Positions 1-7,991 of a stretch of DNA of 57,513 nt are shown piece after piece; the first letter of the stretch is position 1; each line of letters starts with the position of its first letter. A program made the translations under genes and the position numbers. The stretch comes from Chloroflexota bacterium (GTDB lineage Bacteria > Chloroflexota > Limnocylindria > P2-11E): contig JACPOT010000041.1 of NCBI GenBank assembly GCA_016191385.1, positions 1 to 57,513 on the forward strand. The letters run 5' to 3'. The notes under the pieces are model-generated. The model was not told where the DNA came from. It saw only the letters and a program-made list of their open reading frames with translations, and did no database searches.

Positions 1-1459
1 TCTCGAGCGCGGCACCGCGGATCTCCGCGGCCGCGGTGCGATAGCGCGTCGCGAGGTCGTGCTGCCCGAAGGCGTCGGCGAACCGGCACGCCGCGTCCAG
101 GCCCGCCCACACCGCGCCGGTCGTGAAGGCGTGGATGCCTCGCCTCTCCTCCCACAGGTCGACGCTCGCCGCGGGCAGCTTCGTCGTGGGCTCGCGGAAG
201 GTCGTCATGAAGTCGGCCGCCGCGCGCACGAGCTTGCGGTAGAGCGGCCGGACGAACTCGAGGTCGCGCAGGCGCTGGTAGTGGAGCCACAGCGCCCACA
301 CCGGCAGCGCGGTCTCGTCCTCCTGGATGGGCAGGTCGAGGCGGCCCTCGGGGGTCGACCACGGCAGCCACGACGAGCCGACCGATCCGTCGGGGTTGTA
401 CTTGTGGTGGAGGTAGCCCTCGCGCGTGATGAGATCGCCGCACAGCGCGTAGAAGCGGCGCGGCAGCTCGACGTACCCGGCGAGATCCATCGCCGCGGCC
501 GCCAGCGCGCCGTCGCGCGGCCACATGTACGAGTACGTGTCGCGGTTGAAGCGCAGCACGTCGGAGTCGTTGGCCGCGACGATCGCGCCGCGCTCGTCGG
601 TCTGCGTGCGCAGGACGAGGCACGAGGTCTTGTAGTGGTGGCAGAGGTCGTCGGGCAGCACGGTCGAGACGCTCATCTCGTCCTTGTTGGCCCACAGGCG
701 CCAGTAGTCCTCGGTGCGCTTGATGAACGACTGCGGCCCGCGGTCACGCACGAGCTGGTCGAGCGCGCGCACCTCGTCGTACGTCTGGCCGGCCGCGATC
801 CAGAAGGTCGCAGTCGCGGTACCGAACGCCGGGACGCGCACGTCGATCTGCCCGACGGTGTCGATGGATCCCTGTGCGACGGGGTTGCGCGAGAGAACGC
901 CGTCCTCCGCGTCGCGCCACGTCCCCACGCTCGTGCCCGTCTCCTTACGCCCGACCGCGAACGATCGCAGCCCGACGGCGCCGTCCCCGGCGCGCGCGTT
1001 CAGGAGGAACCAGCGCTTGGCCTTGTAATGGAGGAGGGCGCGCGAGCGCGGGTCGTAGTACGCGGAGTCGCCGATGTCGTTCCCATACAGGTGCGGGTCG
1101 AAGTGGTGGAAGAGCCGCACCTCGCGGTCGCGGCCGCTGGTGTCCTCGACCGTGACCTCCTTCAGATAGAGGTTGCGGTCGAAGTCGACGACGTCACGGC
1201 ATGCCAGGCGGAGGCCGAGGTCCGCGCTGGCGAGGCGGACGTCGGTGACGAGGGTCTCGTGCCCGTAGCGCAGCTTGCGCTCCCAGCCGTCGTCCCCGGT
1301 CCAGTGGAAGCGCCCGTCGGCCCACACGCCGAAGCGGCAGGGGTGCCCCGCGGTCTGGTCCTCCATCCCCACGTAGGGGAAGTAGAGGTCGCGCAGCTGG
1401 TACTGCGCGTCGAAGGTGACGAGGAGGTTGCCGTTGCCGACTGGTATGTCGCGTGGCAC
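1..1459 (-). CDS. Glycoside hydrolase family 15 (glucoamylase/trehalase-like), 3' end cut by the window edge
   Basis: Absent from the ORF track because it runs off the window. Manual reverse translation from GTG at 1459 gives VPRDIPVGNGNLLVTFDAQYQLRDLYFPYVG...DTYSYMWPRDGALAA...LPIQEDETALPVWAL...DLWEERRG, typical of the GH15 N-domain and catalytic domain. The listed + ORF 59..1618 is its Arg/Ala-rich antisense shadow. Confidence 0.8.
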   Translation of the reverse strand, partial: MPRDIPVGNGNLLVTFDAQYQLRDLYFPYVGMEDQTAGHPCRFGVWADGRFHWTGDDGWERKLRYGHETLVTDVRLASADLGLRLACRDVVDFDRNLYLKEVTVEDTSGRDREVRLFHHFDPHLYGNDIGDSAYYDPRSRALLHYKAKRWFLLNARAGDGAVGLRSFAVGRKETGTSVGTWRDAEDGVLSRNPVAQGSIDTVGQIDVRVPAFGTATATFWIAAGQTYDEVRALDQLVRDRGPQSFIKRTEDYWRLWANKDEMSVSTVLPDDLCHHYKTSCLVLRTQTDERGAIVAANDSDVLRFNRDTYSYMWPRDGALAAAAMDLAGYVELPRRFYALCGDLITREGYLHHKYNPDGSVGSSWLPWSTPEGRLDLPIQEDETALPVWALWLHYQRLRDLEFVRPLYRKLVRAAADFMTTFREPTTKLPAASVDLWEERRGIHAFTTGAVWAGLDAACRFADAFGQHDLATRYRTAAAEIRGAALE

Positions 1460-1493
1460 GGTGAAAGGCTACTTCCCGTCGGCCGCCTTGTTA

Positions 1494-2246
1494 TCAGTTT
1501 CCACCGGTGTAGCGGCTGGCGACCTCCACCAACCTCTCGGTGTCGAACGGCTTGCTCAGGTACGCCTGAACGGGAAGCTCGCGGGCCCAACGCGCGGCGT
1601 TCGACCCCGCTGTCATGACGACGATGGGCACGTCCATCTTCCACCTTCGAACTATTCGCACGAACGTCTGTCCGTCGAGGACCGGCATCTGCATGTCCAG
1701 CAGCACGACCGCGGGCAGTCGACGCTTCAGCTCGCGAAGGGCTTCAGCGCCGTTCGCAGCGGTGACCACACGAAACCCCTCATGCTCGAGCACACCGCGG
1801 ATGACCTCGACGATGCCGGGCTCGTCGTCCACGACGAGCACTGCCCCAGGAGCGGCCGCGCGTATAGCGGGCAACAGGATCGTGGCGCTTCCGTCTTTCG
1901 CGACGCAAGCGCAAGCGCCGACGCCGAGCGCGGCCTCGCAGACCTCGGGCTGGCTCGTATGCATCACGACGACGGTGTCGCTCCGCTCGCGTCGCAGCCG
2001 CGCCACCAGGTCAAGCCCGCTCAGACCGGGCATGTCATTGTCGAGCACCAGCACGTCCGGGCGCAGATCGAGGACGAGGCGCAGCGCCTGCGCGCCGTCC
2101 TCCGCGACCCCAACGACCTCGACGTCCGTTTCAGCGTTCAGGAGATCACGCAAGCTCTCGCGGATCAACGCGTGGTCGTCGGCGACCACGGTGCGGATGA
2201 CCACAGGTCGAGCCTTGCTCATCGGACCTCTATTGCTGGGCAGCAT
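1494..2246 (-). CDS. Response regulator made of two tandem receiver (REC) domains, no output domain
   Basis: The 250-aa ORF has two REC units. The first shows VVADDH...VLVLDNDMPG...MHTS...VAKDG and the second VVDDEP...VLLDMQMP...VMTAG...SKPF, so both keep the acidic pocket, phosphoacceptor Asp, Thr and Lys. The start may instead be the internal ATG at 2222. It lies 34 nt upstream of the GH15 gene on the same strand. Confidence 0.8.
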   Translation of the reverse strand: MLPSNRGPMSKARPVVIRTVVADDHALIRESLRDLLNAETDVEVVGVAEDGAQALRLVLDLRPDVLVLDNDMPGLSGLDLVARLRRERSDTVVVMHTSQPEVCEAALGVGACACVAKDGSATILLPAIRAAAPGAVLVVDDEPGIVEVIRGVLEHEGFRVVTAANGAEALRELKRRLPAVVLLDMQMPVLDGQTFVRIVRRWKMDVPIVVMTAGSNAARWARELPVQAYLSKPFDTERLVEVASRYTGGN

Positions 2247-2339
2247 GACCAGTGCCGGGTGCTCCGAAGGGATGCGGATGGATACGGGTCTGGCACGCCG
2301 CGCTCTCGCTCGCCTGGACGGCCACCACCACGACGACGG

Positions 2340-3014
2340 CTAGGTCGCCCGGCGGGTCGTCCTGAGGAACCCCTGCGCGTTCGCCACCGCTGCGGCGTGG
2401 TCGCCCTTCTCGACCAGGTCCGGCCGCACCAGCGGTGCGCCGATGCCGTAGCCGGCGGCTCCGGCCTTCTCGTACGCGGGGATCTCGTCCAGCTCGATGT
2501 TGCCGGTCGGCACGAGCGGCAGGTCGATGGCGCGGCGCACGTTGGCGATGTACGACGGCCCGCCCAGGCTCTGGATGGGGAAGATCTTGATCCAGTCGGC
2601 GCCGAGCTCGGCGGCGCGCACGATCTCGGTCGGGGTCATTGTCCCGGGCATCGACATGGCGTCGCGGGCGCGGGCGGCCGCGATCATGTCGGGGACGAGG
2701 ATCGGACTCACGAGGAACCGCGCGCCCGCGAGGAGCGCGTCCTCGGCCTGCCGGCCGGAGAGCACGGTCCCCGCGCCGATGACCGCGCCGCGCTCGGCGA
2801 GGCTGTCATCGCTCGCCAGGCGCTCGATGACCGCGAGCGCGTCCGGGACCGTGAGCGTGATCTCGATAAGGCGCACGCCGCTATCGGCGAGTACACGGGC
2901 GCAGCGATCCGCGAGCGCCGCGCTGCCGACGCGCACGACCGCGACGACGCGATCCTCGGAGAAGATGCGCACTAGGTCGCGACGTGTGATGAGGGGGCGC
3001 TGCGCGACTGCCAT
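2340..3014 (-). CDS. eda: 2-dehydro-3-deoxyphosphogluconate / 4-hydroxy-2-oxoglutarate aldolase
   Basis: 224 aa. Contains VVAVVRV...IEITLTVP...GAGTV...FLVSP...MPG..TPTE...G...IKIFP, the KDPG-aldolase TIM-barrel pattern, and has the typical length. Confidence 0.8.
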   Translation of the reverse strand: MAVAQRPLITRRDLVRIFSEDRVVAVVRVGSAALADRCARVLADSGVRLIEITLTVPDALAVIERLASDDSLAERGAVIGAGTVLSGRQAEDALLAGARFLVSPILVPDMIAAARARDAMSMPGTMTPTEIVRAAELGADWIKIFPIQSLGGPSYIANVRRAIDLPLVPTGNIELDEIPAYEKAGAAGYGIGAPLVRPDLVEKGDHAAAVANAQGFLRTTRRAT

Positions 3015-3030
3015 CGCGGCGATCCTAGCC

Positions 3031-3672
3031 CTAGCGCTCGATCAGGAAGACGCGCGCGGGAGAGCCGGTCCCATCCTGGAACTTGAGCGGTCCGCACACC
3101 AGCTCGTACCCGCCCGGCTCCACGTCGTGAAGGTCGAGCCCCTCGACGATCACGACGTTCGCGCGGAGCAGCGCGATGTGGACGGGATGGCCGATCTTCC
3201 CCGACCCGAAAGGCTCGATCGACAGGTAGTCGATCCCCACGAGTCTGACGCCCGCGCGCACCAGCCAGTGCGCGGCGGTCTCGTCGAGCGCGATGAAGTC
3301 CTTGTCGAACGGGGTCGCGGGATCGCGCCAGCGCTCGCTGTTGCGCGTCTTGAAGAGGACGCGCTCGGTGCCGCGCGCGAGACCGGCGCCGTCGAGCCAC
3401 GTGCCGCTGATGTGGTCATCGCCGGTGAAGGCGACGACCTGACAGGGGCCGACGAGCGCGTCCACCGGAACGCGGTCGATACCGGGCGATCCGTCGATGA
3501 AGTGCACGGGCGGATCGACGTGCGTGCCGGTGTGATCCCCGAAGGTGACCAACGAGACGTTCGAGCTGTCGCCGCGCGCCATCCGCTTGAGCGGCGCGAT
3601 GAGCGGCCCCGCTTCTCCCGGCCACGTGGGCATGTCCGCGCGGATCGTGAGCGAAACGTCGTGCACGCGCAT
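3031..3672 (-). CDS. Cyclase-family protein (kynurenine formamidase-like hydrolase)
   Basis: This is the C-terminal 213 aa of ORF 3031..4236, starting at MRVHDVSL (ATG 3672). It carries the HxGTHxDxPxH metal motif (DHTGTHVDPPVHF). The upstream part of the ORF is Arg/Asp-rich and antisense to pyrE. Confidence 0.8.
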   Translation of the reverse strand: MRVHDVSLTIRADMPTWPGEAGPLIAPLKRMARGDSSNVSLVTFGDHTGTHVDPPVHFIDGSPGIDRVPVDALVGPCQVVAFTGDDHISGTWLDGAGLARGTERVLFKTRNSERWRDPATPFDKDFIALDETAAHWLVRAGVRLVGIDYLSIEPFGSGKIGHPVHIALLRANVVIVEGLDLHDVEPGGYELVCGPLKFQDGTGSPARVFLIER

Positions 3673-3686
3673 CGGAGCGCGCCGAG

Positions 3687-3692
3687 CATACT
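3687..3692 (+). promoter_or_regulatory. -10-like hexamer CATACT 7 nt upstream of the pyrE ATG
   Basis: It lies within the 27-nt divergent spacer between the cyclase-family gene and pyrE. A2 and T6 of the consensus are conserved. Confidence 0.3.
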
Positions 3693-3699
3693 GGCCGCG

Positions 3700-4299
3700 A
3701 TGCCCCTGGAGCCGGGTGAGGTCGAGCGCATCTTCCGCTCTTCCGGTGCGTACCTCACAGGTCACTTCGAGCTCAGCTCGGGCCGCCACTCGCCGGCATA
3801 CCTCGAGAAGTTCCAGGTGTTGCAGTGGCCCTGGCATACCGAGCGCCTGTGCGCCGAGATCCTCGAGCGCGTGCGCGACCGCGAGTTCGACACGGTGGCC
3901 GGACCGACGACGGGCGGGATCATCCTCGCGCACGAGGTCGGGCGGCAGAAGGGCACGCGGGCCGTCTACGCGGAGCGCGACGAGGGCACGAAGCGGATCT
4001 TCCGCCGCGGCTTCGAGCTGCGAGCGGGGGAGAGGGTCCTCGTCGTCGACGACATCATGTCGACGGGCGGATCCGTGGACGAGACCATCGTCGCCGTCCG
4101 CGCGGCGGGCGCGACCGTCGTCGGGGTCGCCGTGCTGGTGGACCGCTCCGGCGGCAGCGCGCGTCGGGGCGGCATCCCGTATGTTGCGCTCTGGGAGGTC
4201 GCCATCGACAGCTACGAGCCAGGCACATGCCCGCAATGCGCGGCCGGCCTGCCGCTGCGCAAGCCTGGCACGACGCCTGCGAAAGTGGCCTCGCGATGA
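3700..4299 (+). CDS. pyrE: Orotate phosphoribosyltransferase
   Basis: This is the C-terminal 199 aa of ORF 2497..4299, starting at MPLEPGEVERIF. It has the PRPP-binding loop VLVVDDIMSTGGS and the motif GHFELSSGRHS. Confidence 0.85.
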   Translation: MPLEPGEVERIFRSSGAYLTGHFELSSGRHSPAYLEKFQVLQWPWHTERLCAEILERVRDREFDTVAGPTTGGIILAHEVGRQKGTRAVYAERDEGTKRIFRRGFELRAGERVLVVDDIMSTGGSVDETIVAVRAAGATVVGVAVLVDRSGGSARRGGIPYVALWEVAIDSYEPGTCPQCAAGLPLRKPGTTPAKVASR

Positions 4300-4664
4300 T
4301 CGACCTCATCCGTGGCATCCGCACCCTGGCGTGGGTCGCGCTCATCGGCGCGCTGTACCAGGAGCTGCGCAAGCCCCCGGCCGAGCGCACCTGGCACGGC
4401 CGCGTCGGGGGCGTGGTCCCGTACGACTTCCGCGTCCCGACGATCGAGCGCCTGCGGTCCGCCTACTGGGATCCGTCCAGCGACGTCGTCTTCACCGATC
4501 GCGTCTTCGGCGTGGGCTGGGCCATCAACATCCCGGTCTTCATCCGCAAGGTGAACGAGGCGGCGACGCAGTACGCCGAGTCGAGCCGCGAGATGCGCGA
4601 GCAGATCTCCCAGCGCGTCACCCGGGCCCGGTCGCGCGGCAACGGGAGCCCGCGAGAGGACTAG
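4296..4664 (+). CDS. Small conserved hypothetical protein with an N-terminal hydrophobic helix (possibly DUF5808-like; family name from memory, unverified)
   Basis: The ATG at 4296 overlaps the pyrE stop (ATGA). The protein reads MIDLIRGIRTLAWVALIGALY then VVPYDFRVPT...FGVGWAINIP. Amino-acid composition looks normal for a real protein. Confidence 0.55.
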   Translation: MIDLIRGIRTLAWVALIGALYQELRKPPAERTWHGRVGGVVPYDFRVPTIERLRSAYWDPSSDVVFTDRVFGVGWAINIPVFIRKVNEAATQYAESSREMREQISQRVTRARSRGNGSPRED

Positions 4665-4687
4665 GCGCGGCCTATCCTGCCCGCGCG

Positions 4688-5644
4688 ATGACCAAGATCG
4701 CCGTCACGCGGCCCGTTCCCGAGGAAGCGCTCGCGCTGCTACGGCCGCGCGCGGACGTCGTGGTCGCGCCGGGCGAGCCGCCCCTCCCGTCGCGCGAAGA
4801 AGTCCGCGCGTTCATCAAGGAGGCGGACATCGTGTACACACTGCCCGGAAGCCCCGTCGACGGCGACGCCATCCGCGGAGCGGCGAAGCTGCGGATGATC
4901 GCGACGCTCGGGACGGGCTACGACAACATCGACGTCGCGGCCGCGAAGGAGCGCGGCATCCCGGTGACCTTCGCGCCCGGGATCCTCGACGAGACCACCG
5001 CCGACGGCGCCTTCGGCTTGATGATCGCGGCGGCGCGGCGCTTCGGCGAGGCCGAGCGCTTCCTCCGCGGAGGCAAGTTCCGCGGCTGGACGCCGTTCAT
5101 GTTCCTGGGCCAGGACGTCCATCACGCGACGCTCGGCATCGTCGGCATGGGCCGCATCGGCCGCCAGCTCGCGCGCCGCGCCAAAGGGTTCGAGATGCGC
5201 GTCGTCTACTTCGACGAGCGGCGCAACGAGCAGGCCGAGAAGGAGCTCGGGGTCACATACCTGCCGCTCGACGACCTGCTGGCGCAGTCGGACTTCGTTT
5301 CCCTGCACGTGCCGCTCATGCCGAGCACGCGCCATCTCATCGACGCGGCGGCGCTGCGGAAGATGAAGCGCACGGCGGTGCTCATCAACACGTCGCGCGG
5401 TCCGGTCGTGGATGAGCGCGCGCTCGCCGCGGCCCTTCGCGACAGGGTCATCGCCGCGGCCGGCCTCGACGTGTTCGAGAACGAGCCCACGGTCGAGCCG
5501 CTCCTTCTCGAGCTCGAGAACGCCCTGATCCTCCCGCACGTCATGTCGGCGTCGGGCGCGACGCGCACGCACATGGCCGTTCGCGCGGCCCAGAACATCC
5601 TCGCGTTCATGGACGGGAAGCCGCTCCTCGACCCGGTGCCCTAG
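4688..5644 (+). CDS. D-isomer-specific 2-hydroxyacid dehydrogenase (glyoxylate/hydroxypyruvate reductase type)
   Basis: 318 aa starting at MTKIAVTRP. NAD-binding GIVGMGRIGRQLA, catalytic region LINTSRGPVVDE, and the motifs GLDVFENEP and PHVMSAS. Confidence 0.85.
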   Translation: MTKIAVTRPVPEEALALLRPRADVVVAPGEPPLPSREEVRAFIKEADIVYTLPGSPVDGDAIRGAAKLRMIATLGTGYDNIDVAAAKERGIPVTFAPGILDETTADGAFGLMIAAARRFGEAERFLRGGKFRGWTPFMFLGQDVHHATLGIVGMGRIGRQLARRAKGFEMRVVYFDERRNEQAEKELGVTYLPLDDLLAQSDFVSLHVPLMPSTRHLIDAAALRKMKRTAVLINTSRGPVVDERALAAALRDRVIAAAGLDVFENEPTVEPLLLELENALILPHVMSASGATRTHMAVRAAQNILAFMDGKPLLDPVP

Positions 5645-5901
5645 TGCCGGCGAGGGTCCATCCGGATGTTCCGGGTGAGTCGTTAGTACTACGCAGGCTG
5701 GGCCGGCGGATCCACGACTTGCGGACCAAGCGAGGCCTGACGATGGCGCAGCTCGGGTCGGATCGGCGAGGGCGCGTCTACTTCGAGCGGCAATACATCT
5801 GGAAGATGGAGACGGGGCGCGTAGCGCCTTCGATAGCGGCACTGGCGCACTTCGCCCGGCGGCTCGACACGACGATCGCAGGGATCCTCAAGGGGGTCTA
5901 A
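5644..5901 (+). CDS. XRE-family helix-turn-helix transcriptional regulator (start uncertain)
   Basis: LRRLGRRIHDLRTKRGLTMAQLG...YIWKMETGRVAPSIAALAHFARRLDTTIAGIL matches the Cro/C1 HTH layout. The region has visibly lower GC than its flanks. Confidence 0.6.
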   Translation: MPARVHPDVPGESLVLRRLGRRIHDLRTKRGLTMAQLGSDRRGRVYFERQYIWKMETGRVAPSIAALAHFARRLDTTIAGILKGV

Positions 5902-5950
5902 AACGTTGGCTGTCAGACGATAGTCGGAGTCGGGATCACTATTTCTTACC

Positions 5951-5956
5951 TATATT
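5951..5956 (+). promoter_or_regulatory. -10-like hexamer TATATT 7 nt upstream of the GTG at 5964 (leaderless-type promoter candidate)
   Basis: It sits in the AT-rich spacer 5902-5963. The distance is consistent with transcription starting at or next to the start codon. Confidence 0.35.
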
Positions 5957-5963
5957 GGTTTAG

Positions 5964-6404
5964 GTGCAAGGACCGCACGGAGGAGGGGAGTCACCGGTCC
6001 CCCGCCTGCTGATCGTCGAGGACCACCGCGCTGTCGCCGAGGGTCTCGCACTGGTGTTGCGGCGCGCCGGGGTCCACGTCCTTGGCATGGCGCTTACGGC
6101 CGCGCAGGCGCTGGAGATGGCGCGCACTCTCCGGCCGAACGTGGTCCTGATCGAACATCACGTTGCGCGCGACAGAAGCCTGAACGCGATCGCTGCGATA
6201 AAGGCGATCGACCTCGATATCCAGGTCATCATCCGCGTGGGTGGAACTCACCGCGAGGAGATCGTCGAAGCGATGGACGGGGGAGCCTCTGGTTACGTCC
6301 TGAAGACCGAGTCGGTGGACGCGGTCGTTGCCACGATCCGTCGGGCCGCCGCCGGCGAGCTCACGACGGCGCCACGAACCTCGCGATCTCGAGACAGCGC
6401 TTAG
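5964..6404 (+). CDS. Stand-alone atypical receiver-domain protein (Glu at the phosphoacceptor position)
   Basis: REC fold pattern: LLIVEDH...NVVLIEHHV...QVIIRVGG...GYVLKTES. VVLIE stands where VxLD is expected and no Thr/Ser sits at the switch position. There is no output domain. A TATATT hexamer lies 7 nt upstream of the GTG. Confidence 0.65.
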   Translation: MQGPHGGGESPVPRLLIVEDHRAVAEGLALVLRRAGVHVLGMALTAAQALEMARTLRPNVVLIEHHVARDRSLNAIAAIKAIDLDIQVIIRVGGTHREEIVEAMDGGASGYVLKTESVDAVVATIRRAAAGELTTAPRTSRSRDSA

Positions 6405-7105
6405 AGAGCCGGTGAGGCGTGACGCACGGGGATCGGCCCCGTATACGCCGGAAGTGTCAGTTCCCCCGCGCGATCGATCGACACCTTCAAGCCGTACAGC
6501 TCGCCGCGCCGCTTGAGGTCGGACAGCTCGCCGGGGTCGCCTAGGGCGCGCACCAATTGGTCGGCCGGGCCGAGGACGCTCACCACGAACGGCGGCGACA
6601 TCAGTCGCCCGTTGATCTGGATCGTCGCACCCACGCACGCCGTCGCGGACGTGATCCGCTCGCCGTTGACCGCGATCCCCGACGCGCCGGCCTTCCACGC
6701 GGCGTTGAACACGTCGGTGATGTCCTGGCTGTGCACGATGGCGAGCTCGATGGAGCGCCGCGGCGCGCTCGCGGGGAGCCGGCCGTCGTCGAGCGTCACC
6801 GTGACCCCCGCGCCGGTCGTGGCCGTGAGACCGCTCTCGCCGCGCAGCTGGTCGATCTGGCGCTTCAGCGCGGCCGCGCGCTCGTCGATCGAGGCGTTCC
6901 GGCCGGTGACCTCGTCGAGCTTTCCTCGCAAGGTCACGACCTCGCTCCGCAGGCCGTCCTGCTCACGCTGCATCTGCGTCGCGGCGTCCGCGAGGTCGGT
7001 GCTGTAGCGCGAAGCGATGGGGGAGCGCGTCGCCTGCGTCTGCCACTGGATGCCGATCGCCAGGCCGAGCAGGATCGTCGGGAGCAGGAGAGCGAGCCCG
7101 CGCAT
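6401..7105 (-). CDS. DUF881-family membrane-anchored protein (cell-envelope/division associated)
   Basis: N-terminal TM helix (LALLLPTILLGLAIGI), a coiled-coil stretch, then GVTVTLDD...IVHSQDITDVFNAAWKAGASGIAVNGERI...INGRLMSPPFVVSVLG, which is characteristic of DUF881. Confidence 0.75.
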   Translation of the reverse strand: MRGLALLLPTILLGLAIGIQWQTQATRSPIASRYSTDLADAATQMQREQDGLRSEVVTLRGKLDEVTGRNASIDERAAALKRQIDQLRGESGLTATTGAGVTVTLDDGRLPASAPRRSIELAIVHSQDITDVFNAAWKAGASGIAVNGERITSATACVGATIQINGRLMSPPFVVSVLGPADQLVRALGDPGELSDLKRRGELYGLKVSIDRAGELTLPAYTGPIPVRHASPAL

Positions 7106-7216
7106 CGGTCAGATCCTAGACTTCAGGCTCCTAGGGCCACGGGCGAGACGGCTTAGTTAGGAGACCGACCCTGACGCTCCCGGCCTCGGCGCGGTATGCC
7201 ATTCGCCATGTCAGGT

Positions 7217-7522
7217 CTACCGCGGCAGCTGCGCTCTCGCTCCCCGCCGGCCCCGCGATCCGCTCTTTCGAGCGCGCGGGGCCGAGGGTCCTCGGCGCTC
7301 GAGCCGTGACACGCCTGCCTCGAGCATCGACTTGATGAACGTCTGGTAGGGGATGTCGGCTCGGGCGGCTTGGCGCTTCACGCGCTCCAACAGATCCTGT
7401 TGGACGCGGAGCGAGACTCCGACGGTCCTGGGGCGAGAGGAGAACAGGGCGTCAACATGCGCGTCGAACTCCTCGTCGGACATGTTCTCGAAAGGATCGA
7501 TCCAGCGCCGTGTCGCGGTCAC
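7217..7522 (-). CDS. brnA: BrnA-type antitoxin (ribbon-helix-helix) of a type II TA pair
   Basis: MSDEEFDAHVDALF...VGVSLRVQQDLLERVKRQAARADIPYQTFIKSMLEAGV is the BrnA pattern. It overlaps the upstream toxin gene by 4 nt and has a long basic C-terminal tail. Confidence 0.7.
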   Translation of the reverse strand: MTATRRWIDPFENMSDEEFDAHVDALFSSRPRTVGVSLRVQQDLLERVKRQAARADIPYQTFIKSMLEAGVSRLERRGPSAPRARKSGSRGRRGARAQLPR

Positions 7523-7800
7523 TCGTAATACCTCCTTGCGGCGCGCCGCCCTGCCTCACGTGCATGGACGGGAAAGCGACCCGAGGCGTGGTCCACCCAT
7601 ACCACCACCAGGAGCCTGCCTTTCAAAGTCCTGCCGACCACCGTGTAGTAGGTGACGTCGCGCCTGTTCTCCGCTGACTCGATGCGTTCCGGGTCCTTCA
7701 GCGCCTCCTCGACCTCGGACTTGGCGATCGCTCGCTCGGGATGGTCCCGCACGACGTGGCGGACGTTAGAGGCGTCCCACACGACGGGGCGGCTATCCAT
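7519..7800 (-). CDS. brnT: BrnT-type toxin (DUF497 ribonuclease toxin family)
   Basis: MDSRPVVWDASNVRHVVRDH...EVEEAL...YYTVVGRTLKGRLLVVVWVD is DUF497-like. I prefer the ATG at 7800, which has a TATACT hexamer 10 nt upstream. The ORF track starts at the GTG at 7821. Confidence 0.7.
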   Translation of the reverse strand: MDSRPVVWDASNVRHVVRDHPERAIAKSEVEEALKDPERIESAENRRDVTYYTVVGRTLKGRLLVVVWVDHASGRFPVHAREAGRRAARRYYE

Positions 7801-7810
7801 CCGGGCACTG

Positions 7811-7816
7811 AGTATA
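7811..7816 (-). promoter_or_regulatory. -10-like hexamer TATACT 10 nt upstream of the brnT ATG at 7800
   Basis: Read on the minus strand (plus strand agtata). The upstream -35 region is weak. Confidence 0.3.
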
Positions 7817-7991
7817 GACACCTTGCTTGATCTTGTGATGCGTGACGTCCATACGACGACTGTTCGCGCAAGGCGCCATCGGCCCCGTCGACTGTCAGAG
7901 CGATCAGCCGGTCCACCTTGTCGTGATGCTCACCGAGTAGATCGAGCAGGCTGGTAGGACGGCTTCGGTCCAAATAGTGTTCTCGTCGGGT

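Noticed and set aside
59-1618. A 519-aa + strand ORF covering the left end of the window.
   Set aside because: - Its translation is Arg/Ala/Val/Glu-rich with no recognisable motif.
- The opposite strand encodes a clean GH15 sequence in the same interval.
- It is a typical antisense shadow ORF of a high-GC genome.
2497-3699. Long N-terminal extensions of track ORFs. Examples are 2497..4299, 3545..5644, 12134..13669, 20596..22668, 23648..25510, 26793..27977, 34775..36484, 36004..37101, 43587..47018 and 49222..51102.
   Set aside because: - The extensions overlap other well-supported genes and are Arg/Pro-rich.
- The recognisable protein families begin at internal starts, usually with a 4-nt overlap to the preceding gene.
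6328-6516. A possible frameshifted LuxR-type HTH remnant (EPRDLETALRE resembling PRELEVLRL) just after the atypical receiver gene.
   Set aside because: - The similarity covers only about 9 residues and is not followed by the rest of the HTH.
- The DNA is constrained by the convergent DUF881 gene on the other strand.
- This is too weak to call a pseudogene.
7698-7973. A 91-aa minus-strand ORF upstream of, and overlapping, brnT.
   Set aside because: - Only its first ~55 residues lie outside brnT, and I recognise no family in them.
- The rest is out-of-frame brnT sequence.
- I kept it only as a possible gene remnant, mentioned under the brnTA finding.
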